NCBI GenBank assembly: GCA_951406725.2
Contig: OX597830.1
Span: 79,422,001-79,486,000, forward strand
Length of the DNA: 64,000 nt
Source: Octopus vulgaris
Taxonomy: Eukaryota
Reading direction: 5' to 3'
The notes below the pieces were generated by a model. That model had not been told where the DNA came from and searched no databases. It saw only the letters and a program-made list of their open reading frames with translations. Shown in pieces: positions 63,105-64,000 of this stretch (position 1 is its first letter; each line of letters starts with the position of its first letter). The position numbers were made by a program, and so were the translations under genes.

Positions 63105-63339
63105 TTTTATTTTTTCATTTTGTTCCTGTCGAATGTTATCCTTAATTTTGTGGTTATGGAACCTAGCTGTTCTTTCTAGCGTGTTGAATCTCACGAGTGG
63201 ATTTCTTATGTGTTTAAATGTACACTGTATTTTATGAGTAGTACATAGTCTTTGGACTAAATTTTTACACGCTAGGCCACTGAAAGTGAAAATTTCTATC
63301 AATTTCCATTTCCCTTCGATATGATTAAGTATATATATA

Positions 63340-63391
<52 letters not shown>

Positions 63392-64000
63392 GAGCAAAAC
63401 GCCCCGACCCTCCATTCAATGGATGGCGCTGAGTTGTCAAACATTTAAACCAAATTTTCTCAAAACAACTTGTCCGACTGTCCCATTTTGTGGCATTATT
63501 TCAAGCCAGCCGGCTTTTTTTGCACAAACTGCACGTGCATTTTTCTCGCGTATATGTAGTATCAATCGCAACAGCTGATGTACTTGCACATACAAATGCA
63601 CGTTCCCATGGCTTTATCGATCGCATTCTCACCTGGAATTGATTTTTGTGATATTGAGTGACAGACACACCATATTGAGCTCTCACTGGCAGCCGTTAGC
63701 TGCTCAAGACCAGAGCAAGATCTCACAAACTTCCGGTGGGCATACACAATGAGACAGTAGGCCTTTCCTGAAGGACACCTGTATAAGACAGCTCTTGAGT
63801 GTGTTCATTCTCTGTTCCCGCACACCTCTCATGCTAGAATCAGCTCATCTCACTAGCAGCAACCCACTGTCTCACACATACAACATGCCAGACGATACAC
63901 TGCGCTAGTGATGGTTAATGAGAGCCAAACTTCGAGCCTGTAAATAAATGTTATTCAGATTTGTTATCTCACTTTGGTCTTCAACTTGATACTTTGACTG

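Noticed and set aside
63390-63700. DNA transposon terminus
   Set aside because: No partner TIR, TSD or transposase is visible in the window.

Overview
Eukaryotic, AT-rich, microsatellite-dense genomic DNA. The SINE families and repeat landscape look cephalopod (octopus-like), but that is an inference. The window spans six minus-strand coding exons of a TRPM-family ion-channel gene (N-terminal MHR1/2 or SLOG region). The internal exons join in frame at GT-AG sites across introns of about 3.2, 3.8, 19.7, 6.7 and 27.9 kb. The introns are packed with retroelements: an intact RTE LINE whose RT carries an internal PHD finger and whose 5' end has a candidate spliceosomal intron; two copies of a CR1-type LINE; tRNA-derived SINEs sharing that LINE's 3' end; many R4/Dong-like fragments next to (TAA)n tracts; degenerate RTEs; and several Penelope-like elements (PLEs). 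About ten hammerhead ribozyme motifs are visible, including a U3-A8 core variant. Other notable structures are a 2.9-kb PLE palindrome and two small ORF-less elements in (TA)n with interleaved inverted repeats plus hammerhead-like motifs. No prokaryotic features or true CRISPR arrays were found. Boundaries of degenerate elements are approximate.
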